Assembly (NCBI RefSeq): GCF_001194135.2
Contig: NC_068985.1
Location: forward strand, 33,780,857 to 33,816,768
DNA length: 35,912 bases
Source: Octopus bimaculoides
Lineage: Eukaryota
Direction: 5' to 3'
Part shown: positions 1 through 30,900 of the stretch, one piece after another
Layout of the letters: each line of letters opens with the position of its first letter
Position numbering within the stretch: position 1 is the stretch's first letter
Position numbers and translations under genes: made by a program
Notes under the pieces: generated by a model
What the model was told of the DNA's origin: nothing
The model's database searches: none
Seen by the model: only the letters and a program-made list of their open reading frames with translations

Positions 1-74
1 ATGAACTCTTTTTTTTCCAAACAGGAAGTTTGTGTCTGTTCATAGAGGAATAAGGTCACTGAGGGGTGTGTGTG

Positions 75-212
75 TTAAGAAATGGTTGGAATTTCTCTAT
101 GAAAAGATTCTCCTTGTTGATTCTTTCTTGTGTAGAGATTCTGTCTTTACATTGATAGAAAGGGAATATAATGAATTTAGGGTTTTTGTTTCTGGCGCAA
201 GAGTCTATGTTC
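75..212 (-). mobile_element. Penelope-like element fossil, C-terminus of GIY-YIG endonuclease
   Basis: Minus frame IDSCARNKNPKFIIFPFYQCKDRISTQERINKENLFIEKFQPFLN fits the R-x-x-x-E-x-x-x-I-x-x-x-x-P-x-L-N end of PLE GIY-YIG domains. Confidence 0.6.
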
Positions 213-213
213 G

Positions 214-400
214 TGAAGCACCTCTGAGACATTAAACTTGGCAATGACACCCCAGTCTTGTGCCATTTCCCCTCTACTAGTCATTCATTACAACACCTGT
301 CTGTGTTCGGATTGTCTTACACAGGGGCTATCCAGACTCCTGCCTTCGCCGTGAACAGGAATTAATCTTCTCTTTGCTCCTTTGCACCATATGGACTCAA
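214..400 (+). mobile_element. Second Penelope-like GIY-YIG fossil (different subfamily), with frameshifts and a stop
   Basis: HL*DIKLGNDTPVLCHFPSTSHSLQHLSVFGL / LHRGYPDSCLRREQELIFSL / SFAPYGLK matches the PLE pattern H-x-R-x-I...PV..HF...HS..L.V.GL...R.EQ.LIF.L...P.GLN. Confidence 0.65.
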
Positions 401-670
401 GTCCCCTCTTCTCCTTTCTTCATCTGACACCTACTTCTTCTCTTCACTCCTCCCCACCTCTCCTCTCTTGCCCTGACACCTACTTCCTCTCTTCACTCCT
501 ACTCACCTTCTCCCTTCATTGATACCTCTTCCATCTGCCCCCACTCCCACCTACCCCCACTCCAAACCCTCATCCCAAATCCCACCTTCACACCCAACAC
601 TGCCACACCACAACACACACCACAACACACACCACCACACCACATCACACCACTCCACACATACTAACAC
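400..670. repeat. Pyrimidine-rich and CA-rich low-complexity tract
   Basis: CT/CCT runs followed by (CACAC/CACAA)-like repeats. Confidence 0.85.
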
Positions 671-671
671 T

Positions 672-1820
672 AACCAGATGCACAGGGGCAATAAACACTG
701 AAGATATACAAAAAACAGATTCCATCATATGCAAGGGGGAAAAACTAGAAGTAGTTGATAGCTTTTGCTACCTAGGCGACCAAGTCTGTAGTGGGGGTGG
801 TTGCTCTGAAAGTGTAGCAGCTAGAATAAGAATAGCCTGGACAAAGTTCAGGGAGGTCCTACCTTTACTGGCAATTAAGGGCCTTTTGCTCAGGATGTAA
901 GGTAGACTGTATTATGCATGTGTGTGAACTGCCATGCTACACAGCAGTGAAACATCGGCCATGACTGCTGAGGATATGCATAGGCTTGAAAGAAATGAAG
1001 CTAGTATGATCCGCTGGATGTGTAATGTTAGTGTGCATACTCGACAGAGTATGAGCGCCCTGAGAGAAAACTTGGGCATAAGAAACATCAAATGTGGTGT
1101 ACAAAAGAGACGACTGAACTGGTATGGTCATATGTTACATATGGATGAGGACAGCTGTGTGTGGAAGTGCCACACCCTAACTGTGGAAGGAACCTGCGGA
1201 AAAGGTAGACCCAGGAAGACATTGGATGAGGTGGTGAAGCATAAACTTTGAACATTGGACCTCACAGAGGCAATGACAGTAGACCGAGACCTTTGGTGAT
1301 ATACTGTGATTGAGAAGACCCAGCAACTAAAGTTAGATTGCAGCCATGGCCGATGTCAGTGTTGCATGTCCAACCCATTTGAGAGTACTCTTGATGCATC
1401 TGGCGATATGATATGCTTGAGAAGACCTGTTGAGTCAAGTAAAACCTGAATCATAGCTGTGGCCAGTGCCATATGACTGGCTCCCATTCCGGTGGCATGT
1501 AAATGCATCATCTAAACATAGTCGATGCCAGTGTCCCCTGACTGGTTCCCATGCCAGTGGCATGTAAAAAGCACCATCCAAACGTGGGCGATGCCACATC
1601 TACCTGACTGGTTCCTGTGCCAGTAGCTCGTAAAATGCACCATCTGAGCATGGCTGATGCCAGTACCCCCTTACTGGCTCCCATGCTGGTGGCTTATAAA
1701 AAGTACTCTCCGAAAGTGATGGCAGGCCTGCCTGACTGGCTCCTGTGCCAGTGGCATGTAAAAAGCACCCACTACACTCTGGGAGTGGTTGGCATTACGA
1801 AGGGCATCCAGCTGTAGAAA
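672..1820 (+). mobile_element. RTE-type LINE, 5'-truncated: C-terminal ORF2 (RT thumb) plus 3' UTR tandem array
   Basis: KLEVVDSFCYLGD, ARIRIAWTKFRE, LHSSET, RLERNEASMIRWMCNV, RRLNWYGHM, GKGRPRKT; ~65-bp repeats at 1450-1770. Confidence 0.9.
1450..1770 (+). repeat. Five ~65-bp tandem units in the LINE 3' UTR
   Basis: Anchor TGACTGG at 1474, 1539, 1605, ~1671 (TTACTGG) and 1733. Confidence 0.85.
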
Positions 1821-2035
1821 TGAGTGATTGGAACTTTCACATTAAGCATTGCACTTCTGTGAAATATTTATATAAAATCCAGTGAATTATACACTAATCT
1901 ATAATATAAACAGTTTATTTTAATATCAATCTTTATAGCTCATACAATAGATCAGAGTGTTAAAATAATTTGTTTGTCTGTTTTTTAATCTCTAAACTTC
2001 TTACTACTATTAATAAATTCAACCACAAATCCTAA

Positions 2036-2262
2036 TAATACCTTTAACATTCAAGCCAGTTATATCTGGCCCAAATATTCTACCTGTTTAATGTTGAAAC
2101 TGGCCAGATCCAGCCACTCACTCCTATCCTACAATATCATTCTAAAAATAAATAATCGCATCTTCAAAATCTTGTAGCTATAAGACAATATATGATCAAT
2201 TTTAAAAATGTGGATAAATAAGTATCATGTTTGATAAATAAATCTGAATGCTAAAGGATTAA
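2036..2262 (+). mobile_element. piggyBac-type MITE (TTAA-CCCTTTAGCATT termini), degenerate copy
   Basis: Right end AATGCTAAAGGATTAA; internal sequence shared with 4957-5181 and 15183-15417. Confidence 0.7.
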
Positions 2263-2326
2263 ACTCTAAACTATTTATCCCCTTCATCCACAGTTGACAG
2301 TTTTAAATGACTGCTTTCTTCTTCAG

Positions 2327-21194
<18,868 letters not shown>

Positions 21195-21220
21195 AATGAA
21201 TACTTAGAAATATACTAATA

Positions 21221-21318
21221 CCTTTGCAATTCTCAGCCTCTTAACTATATCAAACATTTACTAATACTGTTATACACCCTTGCAATTTTCAGCCACTTAA
21301 TGCTATCAAACGTTTAAC
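21221..21318 (+). repeat. Two-copy tandem duplication (period 56) just after the ACSM stop
   Basis: cctttgcaattctcagcctcttaactatatcaaacattta (21221) vs cccttgcaattttcagccacttaatgctatcaaacgttta (21277), 33/40 identical. Confidence 0.8.
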
Positions 21319-21804
21319 AAGACAGCTTTGCAAAGATTCATGAACAAACATGTTAGCTGCCAACCTACTTTTAAAATACCGTTTATTCAGTACCTCACAT
21401 CTAAGCTGCTTCTCCCTTTTACACAATATTTTCAACATAATCTTGAGATCTTAACACTTATTTCATCAACTTCCAAGAGATTAAATCAATCAAAATAGTA
21501 TTTGGACTGCATGACTAAAGACTAAACTTGAATTGCTTTTTCCAAATGCCAACCTACAATTCAAAATAATGCTTATCTGTACTGTCACTCATATATAGTA
21601 CAAGAACTTTTCCATGAATCTATGTCATCTTTAACAAACTAACAAATGAAATCTGTGAAATCTGCTTCCATTAATCAGAATTTTGTGCAGTTTCTGCTGC
21701 AAAATTCATGTTACCACCTTTAATCTCTCATTCTAGAAAATATATAAAATGATATTAAACCAGATTAAATCTATTTTTTGAAAAATCATTTTGTTTTTAT
21801 GCTC

Positions 21805-21980
21805 ATTTTTCCATGCTAGAATGGGTTAGACCAATATATTCTTCAGGCATTGTTTTACAGCCAGATGCCCTTCCTATCACTAACCCTTGCTACATTTTCA
21901 AGGAAACTTATTTTGCATGTACACACATACACATGACAGACTGCTTTCAGTTTCCATTGACCAAATCCACTTGCAAGGTA
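21805..21980 (-). mobile_element. Degenerate module D and SINE A fragments in the intergenic/3' UTR region
   Basis: ccatgctag...gatgcccttcct and tttcagtttcc...ccaaatccac. Confidence 0.55.
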
Positions 21981-22114
21981 GGCAACATAAGCTATGTTTT
22001 AGAAATGCTGGAATATTAGAAAAGAATCTAGAGAGAAAGGTATATACACTTTGAATGTAGTGTTAAATATGTGAGACAATAACTAGGCACCAATGGCTGT
22101 GTATGATGACAATA

Positions 22115-22400
22115 TCCATTGCTCACTGGTTAGAGCAGCGGGCTTGCAATCATGAGGTAGTGAGTTTGGTTCCCGAACCGGGCTGTGTGTTGTGTTCTTT
22201 ATTCCGCGTTGCCCCAGTTCACTCAGCTGTAGAAATGAGTTGCAATGTCACTGGTGCCAAGCTGTATAGGCTTTTGCCTTTTCTTTGTATAACATCGCTG
22301 GTATGCATGGGTGACTGCTGGTTTTCCATAAACAACCTTGCAGGGTAGCTTTCTAGGTGCAATCCCATGGTCATCCATGACCAAAGGGGGTCTTCATACA
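22115..22400 (+). mobile_element. tRNA-derived SINE (CORE-like, F-related head, different tail)
   Basis: gctcactggttagagcagcgggc head; ccccagttcactcagctgtagaaatgagt body. Confidence 0.65.
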
Positions 22401-23143
22401 ATACAAATTGCACATAAATTGCTGGTAGAAAATAGTTATGTAAATGTAGACTAAGGAAAGCTTGTGGGGGAATAGAAAATCTAATTAGGAGAGATGCGAG
22501 AGCATTGGATATTACATATGAAGTACTGCTAGATTCAAATGAATTACAATGTATTTAAACAGACTCCACCTAGAAAGCTACCCCTGGAATAATGCATGCT
22601 CAGATAGGAAAAAAGTACCAGACCAATAATACTGACAAGTGCATGTATGCACATATAATAGAAAAACATTCCAATAAAACAAAAGTAACATTTTAATATC
22701 AATAACAGCAACTGATAACTGAGAGAACATAAAACAGCAAGAATTTTTGCTTCTGGGTATGTTATCTGTTTTTTAATGGAAATATTGGCATTTCAAAATA
22801 GATTATCATAACATGGTTTTTAACAAAGATGTTTATTTTTCAGTTATAATATAATTCAGTTCTATATCATCTCAAGTTGATTTTTGGATGTCTAGCTATA
22901 AATGAATGGAATAGTGAAATACATATATATATACATAGATCTTAAAAAGAGAAAGGCATTAAGCTCAAAAGTTCTTCCATGTCTCAACTCCTTAGCAACA
23001 ACTTGCATTGTCACAATTAAATCACATTCAAACATTATTTGATTACATTCATACCAAAGTGAAGAGTAACTTGTGTAGAGTAGAAATAAAATCCAATCCA
23101 AAAAGATAAAGTGAGAGTAAGAAAAGAATAATATAAAACGTTT

Positions 23144-23305
23144 CTATGCATCACATTCCAGCAGTGTTTTACTCAACTTCTGAGGATTAATTGCCAGTGA
23201 TTTAGTACAATTGTCAGTCTTGTAAATTCCCACCAGTCTATCTGCCAATTCAAACATGTTATTTCGAAGAGAGATTATGATAAACTGGGCATTTTTTGTC
23301 CGCTC
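23144..23305 (-). CDS. SMC4: SMC4 terminal exon ([53 protein letters not shown])
   Basis: attgcag acceptor; TAG stop at 23146-23144. Confidence 0.97.
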   Translation of the reverse strand, partial: ERTKNAQFIIISLRNNMFELADRLVGIYKTDNCTKSLAINPQKLSKTLLECDA

Positions 23306-26300
23306 CTGCAATAAAGATTATTATAAACTTATACTATTTACTTATATATGAAATACTATTATAATTGCATTAATTTAGAACAAAAATTGCAAATAGACAC
23401 AATTTCCCAAAAAAAAAAAAAAAAAAAAAAAATACTATTCCACAGCTATGTGACAAAGTGAATATAAGAATAATTCTGTAATCATAAATTTTTTAAAATG
23501 TTTATAATAAAAGTTATGGACTAGTAAAAACAAACAAATGTAGAAAAGGCATAGGTAGAAACTCCATAAAAAGTACCAAAAATAGATTCCATCACATATC
23601 AGGGGAAAAAACTGGAAGCAGTTGATAGCTTCCATTACCTAGGTGACCAAGTCAATAGCACAGGTGGATGCTCTGAGAGCATAGCTGCTAGAATAAGAAT
23701 AGGCTGGGCAAAGTTCAGAGAGCTCCTACCTCTGCTGGTAACAAAGGGCCTCTCGCTTAGAAAGGCAGACTGTACAATGTCTGAGTGCAAACAGCCATGT
23801 TATACAACAGTGAAACATGGGTTGTGACTGCTGAGGACATGCGTAGGTTTGTAAGAAATGAAGCTAGTATGCTCTGCTGGATGTGTAATGTCAGTGTAAG
23901 CATCCTGAGAGAAAAGTTGGACATAAGAAGCATCAGATATGGTATGCAAGAGAGACAACTGCACTGATATGGTCAAGCGATGCATATGGATGAGGACAGC
24001 TGTGTGATGAAGTTTCACGCACTCTCATGGTGGAGGGAACTTGTGGAAAAGGTAGATCCAGGAAAACATGAGATGAGGTGGTGAAGCACAATCTTCGAAT
24101 ATTGGGTTTCACAGAGGCAATAACAAGCAACCAAGATCTTTGAAGAGATGCCGTGCTTGAGAAGACCTGTCAAACCAAGATCATAGTCATGGCCGATGCC
24201 AGTGTCACATAGCTAGCCCGTTAAAAGCACCCTTCAATCGTTGGGTGATATGCTGTGCTTGTGAAGACTTATCGAACAAGTGAAATTGTAATCATGACCG
24301 ATGCCAGTGCTGTGTCACTGGCACATAAAGATCACCGTTCATATGTTGGGCCTCATGGAGGCAGTGACGTCAAGGCAAGTGAGATCGTAGTCGTGGCCAA
24401 TGCCAGTGTCACATAACTGGCCCGTTAAAAGCACCCTTCAATTGTTGGGCAATATGCTGTGCTTGAGAAGACCTGTTGAACCAAGAGAAATTGTAGTCGT
24501 GGCCAATGTCAATGCTGTCTAACTGGCACCCGTACCACTGGTACATAAAGCGCACCATTCATGTGTTGGGCCTCATGGAGGCAGTGATGTCAAGGCAAGT
24601 GAGATTGTAGTCGTGGTCAAAGCCAGTGTCACATAATTGGCCCATTAAAAGCATTCTTCAATTGTTGGGCAATATGCAGAGCTTGAGAAGACTTGCTGAA
24701 CCGAGTGAAATCATAGTTATGGCTGATGCCAGTGCTGTCTGACTGGCACCCATGCTGGTGGTACGTAAAGAGCACCATTCAAGCATTGGGCCTCATAGAA
24801 GCAGTGACAGGTGACCAAGATCCTTGGCAATATACCGTGTTTGTGTTGACATGCCAAGCCAAGTGAGACCGTAGTTGTGGCCAATGCCGATGTGTCAGGT
24901 CAATGGCACCTGTGCTGGTGGTGCATAAAAAGCATCCACTACACTCTCGGAGTGTTTAATATTAGGAAGGTCATCCAGCCGTAGAAACCTTGCCAAATCA
25001 CATTGGAACTTGGTGCAGCCCCCTGGCTTACTAGTTTTCAGTCAAACCGTTCAACCCATGCCAACATGGAAAGCGGATGTTAAACGATGATGATGATGAA
25101 ATGAGAAATCAAAACATTTGAATTTTTTTTTCTTTTCTGGTGTTGTCTATTCAGAATAAAGAAAAAGTATATTTTTTTAATAGTTTATAATAAAATAACT
25201 AAAATAGATAAAACAATAGCTGTTTTTCCATTTTTAAATATTTGAATACTATGTTCAGCCAGCTGACATTGAATTATTCATTCTCATACATCCACTCTTA
25301 CAATTCTGCTTTATGCTAGCAATAAATTTTCGTAGTTTCTTCAACATATGAAGGATAAAAATCATCAAAAGGCATTTTTTTTTTATCTTACCTTAATATA
25401 GTTAGCAACAATGGAGACATTTTTGAAATCCAAAGCAGCATCAATCTCATCCATGACATAAAGAGGTGTTGGCTTGAAGTGATGCAAAGCAAATACCAAA
25501 GCTAAAGAACTAAGTGTTTTCTCTCCACCAGACAGGTTGGATATATTCTTCCAAGATTTCTTTGGTGGACGAACACTGGAATTAAAAAATAATTATTTTG
25601 TTAATTAAACAAAATTATGAATTACATTTAGTAATGTTGCTTAATGAGAAAAGGATTAATTTGTATCAAATTAGACTTAAAACCATTCGCAAAAATAATT
25701 TACTTCAAACAAAATACAAAGCTAACGTTTATTGAAAAACTGTAAGCTAATCCCTTTCATAACTTAAGCATATCAGAAGAAATACATTTTTGTATGAATT
25801 TGTATTAATTGAAAAATACAAACTAAAAAATATTTTCATAGTAATATAGCAGAGAGATAACTGCATGAATCAACACATTACTTTTATGCTGCTAAACAAC
25901 CACATCGAGGTCACATAAGACATGCTTTTACAGAATAGCAAATAAACTCCTTTGTATGAGCAATAATGCTTTATTTACAGTCAGTGTGCACATGTCAAGA
26001 AGCTTGTGATATGCAATATTAAATTTCAAAGCATTAGAACAAACTTACTCTGTACAAGTGTAATACATGGTGAATAAAGGCAGAAAAAACTTCCGAGTAA
26101 GAATTTCAGATAGAAATAATTACCTGAAGACAATACCCTCAGAAAAGGGATCGAGAGAATCAACAAGTTCTAATTCAGCATCTCCTCCAAGTGTGATCAT
26201 TTGATACATCTCCTTGAGTCTGTTAGTAATTGTACTGAAGCCTGTCATGAACTCATCCAGGCGCTGTTTCCTTAAATCTTCAAACATTTGCTTCTGTTGG

Positions 26301-26440
26301 TCACGGCAATCAGTAATTCGATCCATCTCTGCAACTCTTTCCAAATAAACAGCTTCCTGTATAAAACACCAAGAAAAGAAATTTCAAAAATATTTTCAAC
26401 CAACCACATCATAGCAGAGTTGGTCAGGCAGATCTTAGAA

Positions 26441-26521
<81 letters not shown>

Positions 26522-27880
26522 CAGGCTTCTTGCAGGCAACCAAATTCAGTCACATGGTTTTGGTTGGCCTGAAGACACTTGCTGAAGATACCACATAGTA
26601 TCTGAAACTATATGACTGGGAAGAAAACATCTTAACCCCATCTGCATATTTTATTCATATATATGCTTAAATAGTTCTATTTCTCCACCCTCTGCCTTCC
26701 TTTCTCTCACAACTTCTTCACTCTAATACCCTTTCATCCCTCCCATTCTAGCCCACCCTCATGATCTCTTCCTTCTTCCTTTCAGTGACTCTCTCCAGAT
26801 TCTCACCACCCTCATCTTTCTCTCTTTCAAATTTCCTTCCCATATATAACAAGGAGTACTACTACCACTACTACTGTCCCTCTCTCACTAATCCCTATTC
26901 CTGTCCCTTGCTCTTTCATACTCCTTCCTTCAATAGTATTTATTTAATTACTTCCTCCATTATGACCTAGTCACAACAATAAATTTATTCCTCTTATTGT
27001 ACTTTAGCCCAAAATCCTTTCTCTCTCAAGTTCTTTCAGTGATGGAAACTCTTTAAGCATTTTAGTCTTGCAAGTTACAAAACAACCTCACTGATACTTA
27101 TGCCATGAAATAGCACCCAGTATACTCTGTGAAGTGGTTGGTGTTAGGAAAGGCATCTAGCAGTAGAAGCTATACCAAAACTGATATTGGATCATGACAT
27201 GGTCCTCAAACCATCAAACCCATGCCAGTATGGAAAGCAGACGTAAGATGATGTGCAAGTTCAGTCTCATTACGTGATACCTTGGGCAAGTGTCTGTCCA
27301 ACCTGTGCCAGCACGGAAAAGAGACATAAAAGGATGATGATGATATATAAATCATTGTCATCATTTAATATCCATGTTCCATGATGGCATTTACAGGATG
27401 GCTTTACAGGATCTGATGGATGCAAAAACTGTATTATGCTCCAGTGTCTACTTTGGCATGGTTTCTACAACAGGATACCCTTGCTAATACCAACCACCTT
27501 ACAGTGTACTTTTCTCATGCCACCAGCACTCGTGAAGTTACCATACAGCTTGCAAACCTACAAAACACAAGGGAAGGGTCTTTATGCTAGCAAGATGAGA
27601 GGAGGTGGGGCAGAGCAGGCTCTTGTAGGGGTAACTCACATTTAAGAGACTGAGAAATGGAACAATAGTAACTGCAAAGACTTATATGAAAAGCAGACTA
27701 TAATTGATGCTGATGCCATGTTAAAAGTACCCAGCACACTCTGTAAAGTGGTGGCATTAGGGAAGGTATCCAGCAGCAGAAACCATGCAAAAGCAGACAA
27801 TGAAGCCTGTTGCAGACCCCGGCCTTACCAGCTCCAGTCAAATCGTCCAACCCATGCCAGCATGGAAAGCAAACAAGTGA

Positions 27881-27916
<36 letters not shown>

Positions 27917-30900
27917 ACCATTTATCAGGCAAGACAAGAAACACTACAACCTGTTTATGAAGACAGTGAGGACAATATGAGATACTGAGTTTCTGCACAC
28001 TTCTCACTAATAGTAGATTCTAACTTGATTCTTATATACTAGAATTTGTAAACTTTCTATTTATAAATCAATCCCCAATATTTGACTGGTATTTTATTTT
28101 ATCAACTGTAGAGGGATAAAAAGTAAAGTTGAACTCTGCAGGATTTCAACTCTGAGCATAAAGAAATGCCACAAGTCATTTTCTTTGATGCTGCAACAAT
28201 TCTATCAATCCTACATCCTTTACTTTGTAACAACGACAAATTATTTTTGTTGCTTTTTAAAAAAGACTAAAACAAATTCCTTTCATAACAAAATCATATT
28301 CAAAACCTTGCACTACTTATAACTCTTTACCTTCTCTTTGTATTCATTAATGGCTGTCAAGTTAGGCTTCATCTTGCTCAGTTTTTCTTCAAACACAGTA
28401 ATCTCATATTTAAGTTCTTCAACATTTGTCCTAGCCAATTCTTCAGCATCATTAGTTTCCAGAGGTGGAGGTTCTTTGTTTCCAATAGCATGAAGGGCTA
28501 ACTGAGAAAGCTAAAAATACAGAAGCATTTTTCATTCAGATAATCACAATTGTTGTCAGTAAATAGATTTCTGGAAAAAAAGGTTACATAGATTTTTTAA
28601 AAGTAGGCATATGGTGTAGTGGTTAAGAGTGCAGGCTACTAACCCCAAGATTCCGAGTTCGATTCCAGGCAGTGACCTGAATAATAATAATAATATCGAA
28701 AAATACCTTAGGAATGAGAACCTAGGTTCGAAATTTCCCCAAGACACCTGATGAAGGCCGGAGGGTATATCAGCCAAAACATTGTGTTAACAACAAACAA
28801 GATGAGAACAAATATCCGTCAAATGTAAATAATGTAAAAAATCTATAATAGGGTTATGTAAATTAAAATACACTGGTCTTCAAAGCACTACTTTAATATA
28901 TTGGTTTCAAATTTTGGTACAAAGTCAGAATTTCCAAGGAGAAAGGAAGTCAATTACATTGACTTCAATGGTATTATTTTATCAACCCCAAAGCTAAAAA
29001 TCAAAGTCAACCTCAGTGAAATTTGAACTCAAAATATAAAGACAGGCAAAATACTGCTAAGCATTTTGCCCAGCAAGCTAATGATTCTGCCAGCTCAATG
29101 CCTTTGATATATCTAATATATCAATAAATAATAAAAGTAATCGCCTTTTTTATGAACCAGTCTAAATTTATGATTATTTTAGAACTGAAACACTTAGGAG
29201 TAATAAAAAGCAATAAAAAGGGTTAATACAAATACAAAACATTTAAAAATTAAAATGGAATCACTCTAAATGTTCCACCTAAACTGCTGAACAGAAATCC
29301 TTCACTTCCTATATCAATCAAAATTGTATCATTTCCTGCTTCATCATATCATTTTTTACTTATAAGTCTATAACAATTAACTATTGCTAGAGATAAGGTT
29401 TTCATACCTGTTTCTTCCAGTGTTTCATTTTTACTTGATTAGTTTTCACAACATCTTGATATTTTTCTAGTTTGTGCTGTAGGTCAATATTCTCTTTTGA
29501 CAGGGCTGTTTCCTCCTTCTCAATTTCACCCAGTTTCTCTTTAAGATCAGATAAGATTTTTTCATGGTTTTCAATTTTCTCCTGCAAATCACAGCAGATA
29601 AAATAATTGTAAATCATCATCCTCATCATCATTGTCGTCATCGTTTAATGTCTGCCTTCCGTGCTAGCATGGGTGGGACAAGTAAGTAAACAAAATATCC
29701 AGTTCTTTTCTCAAATACTTTTTTTTTAACACTGCTAAGTTACAGAAACAGAGTTTCTTTTTAGATGGTGTTAATGTAAAGAGAGACAGTCACATACAAA
29801 CACACACACACATCCCTATGCATATATATGCATATATCAATACAGAAATGCATGCACGCACACACACACACACATACATATATTTATTTATACACACACA
29901 CACATCTACAGCAGTTTCTGTCTACCAATTTCACTCACAAGGTAATGGTTGGACAGAGGCTGTAGAAAGGAAACAGCTGGAAGAAATTTCTTCACAGGGG
30001 ACATCAAACCAAGAAGTCCTGATTGCAGGTGGATACAATTTCTTCAGCACAAAATATCTCTACTAGAAACATAGCATAATGTTCCTTATGGGAAATGAAC
30101 TATCAAATTTTTGGGGTAGTACACTAACCTTCAACCAACTTTCTATTCTTATAAGGTAGGATTATATATATTATTACACATAATATATATATAATTAGAG
30201 ATCTTTCTTCCTATAAATTTGAAGTCAATAATAGCAAGCTATCAAGTCTGCCTAGCTGAAAATAATAACTATTTCTTGATTAAATGGTTAACATGAAAAT
30301 TGGTTACTAGCTTTTAGATGAGCCTCAGCAAAGTCTACGAGATTTAGCATTTAAAAAAATTTAAATCCCCTTGAGATGAAAATTAAAAAAATAAATAAAA
30401 CAAAAATATATAACGGCTGAATTATCAGGTAAGCTATTACCTATAAGATAGGACTTAGAAATCAACCAATGAAGCTAAAAACAATTGCTATTTCCACTTC
30501 AATCGAGTATTAAAAAGATCTTCATGCACTAATACATTTTTCCTCAAAATTTCATCCAAATAGTCAGGTTTGTATTCAGCTCAGAAAAACTTGATAAATT
30601 ATATAAAACTTCATAAGAAAAACAGAAAGTGAAATTTAATTCGTGTTTTGTCATGATTTTTGACTGTTCTGGTATGTGCAAAACCCTATAATTTTCATAT
30701 ATATATATATATGTATATATATATACACATATATGATCTTGAAGACATCATCATCAGTTTAATGTCCATTTTGCCATGTTTGCATGGATCAGACAGATTT
30801 TGCCGAGTTCTAGAATCAGATGCCCTTCCCACTGCCAATCTTTACCTGATTCCATGTTTTCATAGAAGACTGAAAAATGAGGAACACCACTTATACGATG

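Noticed and set aside
934-1251. 105-aa ORF as a host gene
   Set aside because: It is the C-terminal fragment of RTE ORF2, with upstream frameshifts and a homologous decayed copy at 23785-24100.
1450-1770. Regularly spaced repeats as a CRISPR array (also 24150-24900)
   Set aside because: The whole unit is repeated with divergence, there are no unique spacers and no cas genes, and the context is a eukaryotic LINE 3' UTR.
1809-1825. LINE tail switching into SINE core sequence (cagctgtagaaatgagt, also at about 22224-22240)
   Set aside because: Only 5 nt extend beyond the motif shared by both families, which is compatible with chance.
28605-28680. Functional tRNA gene (also the SINE heads at 12640-12711, 16785-16870 and 22115-22180)
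   Set aside because: A and B boxes are present but the acceptor and anticodon stems do not pair fully and the head continues into a repeat body, so these are SINE heads.
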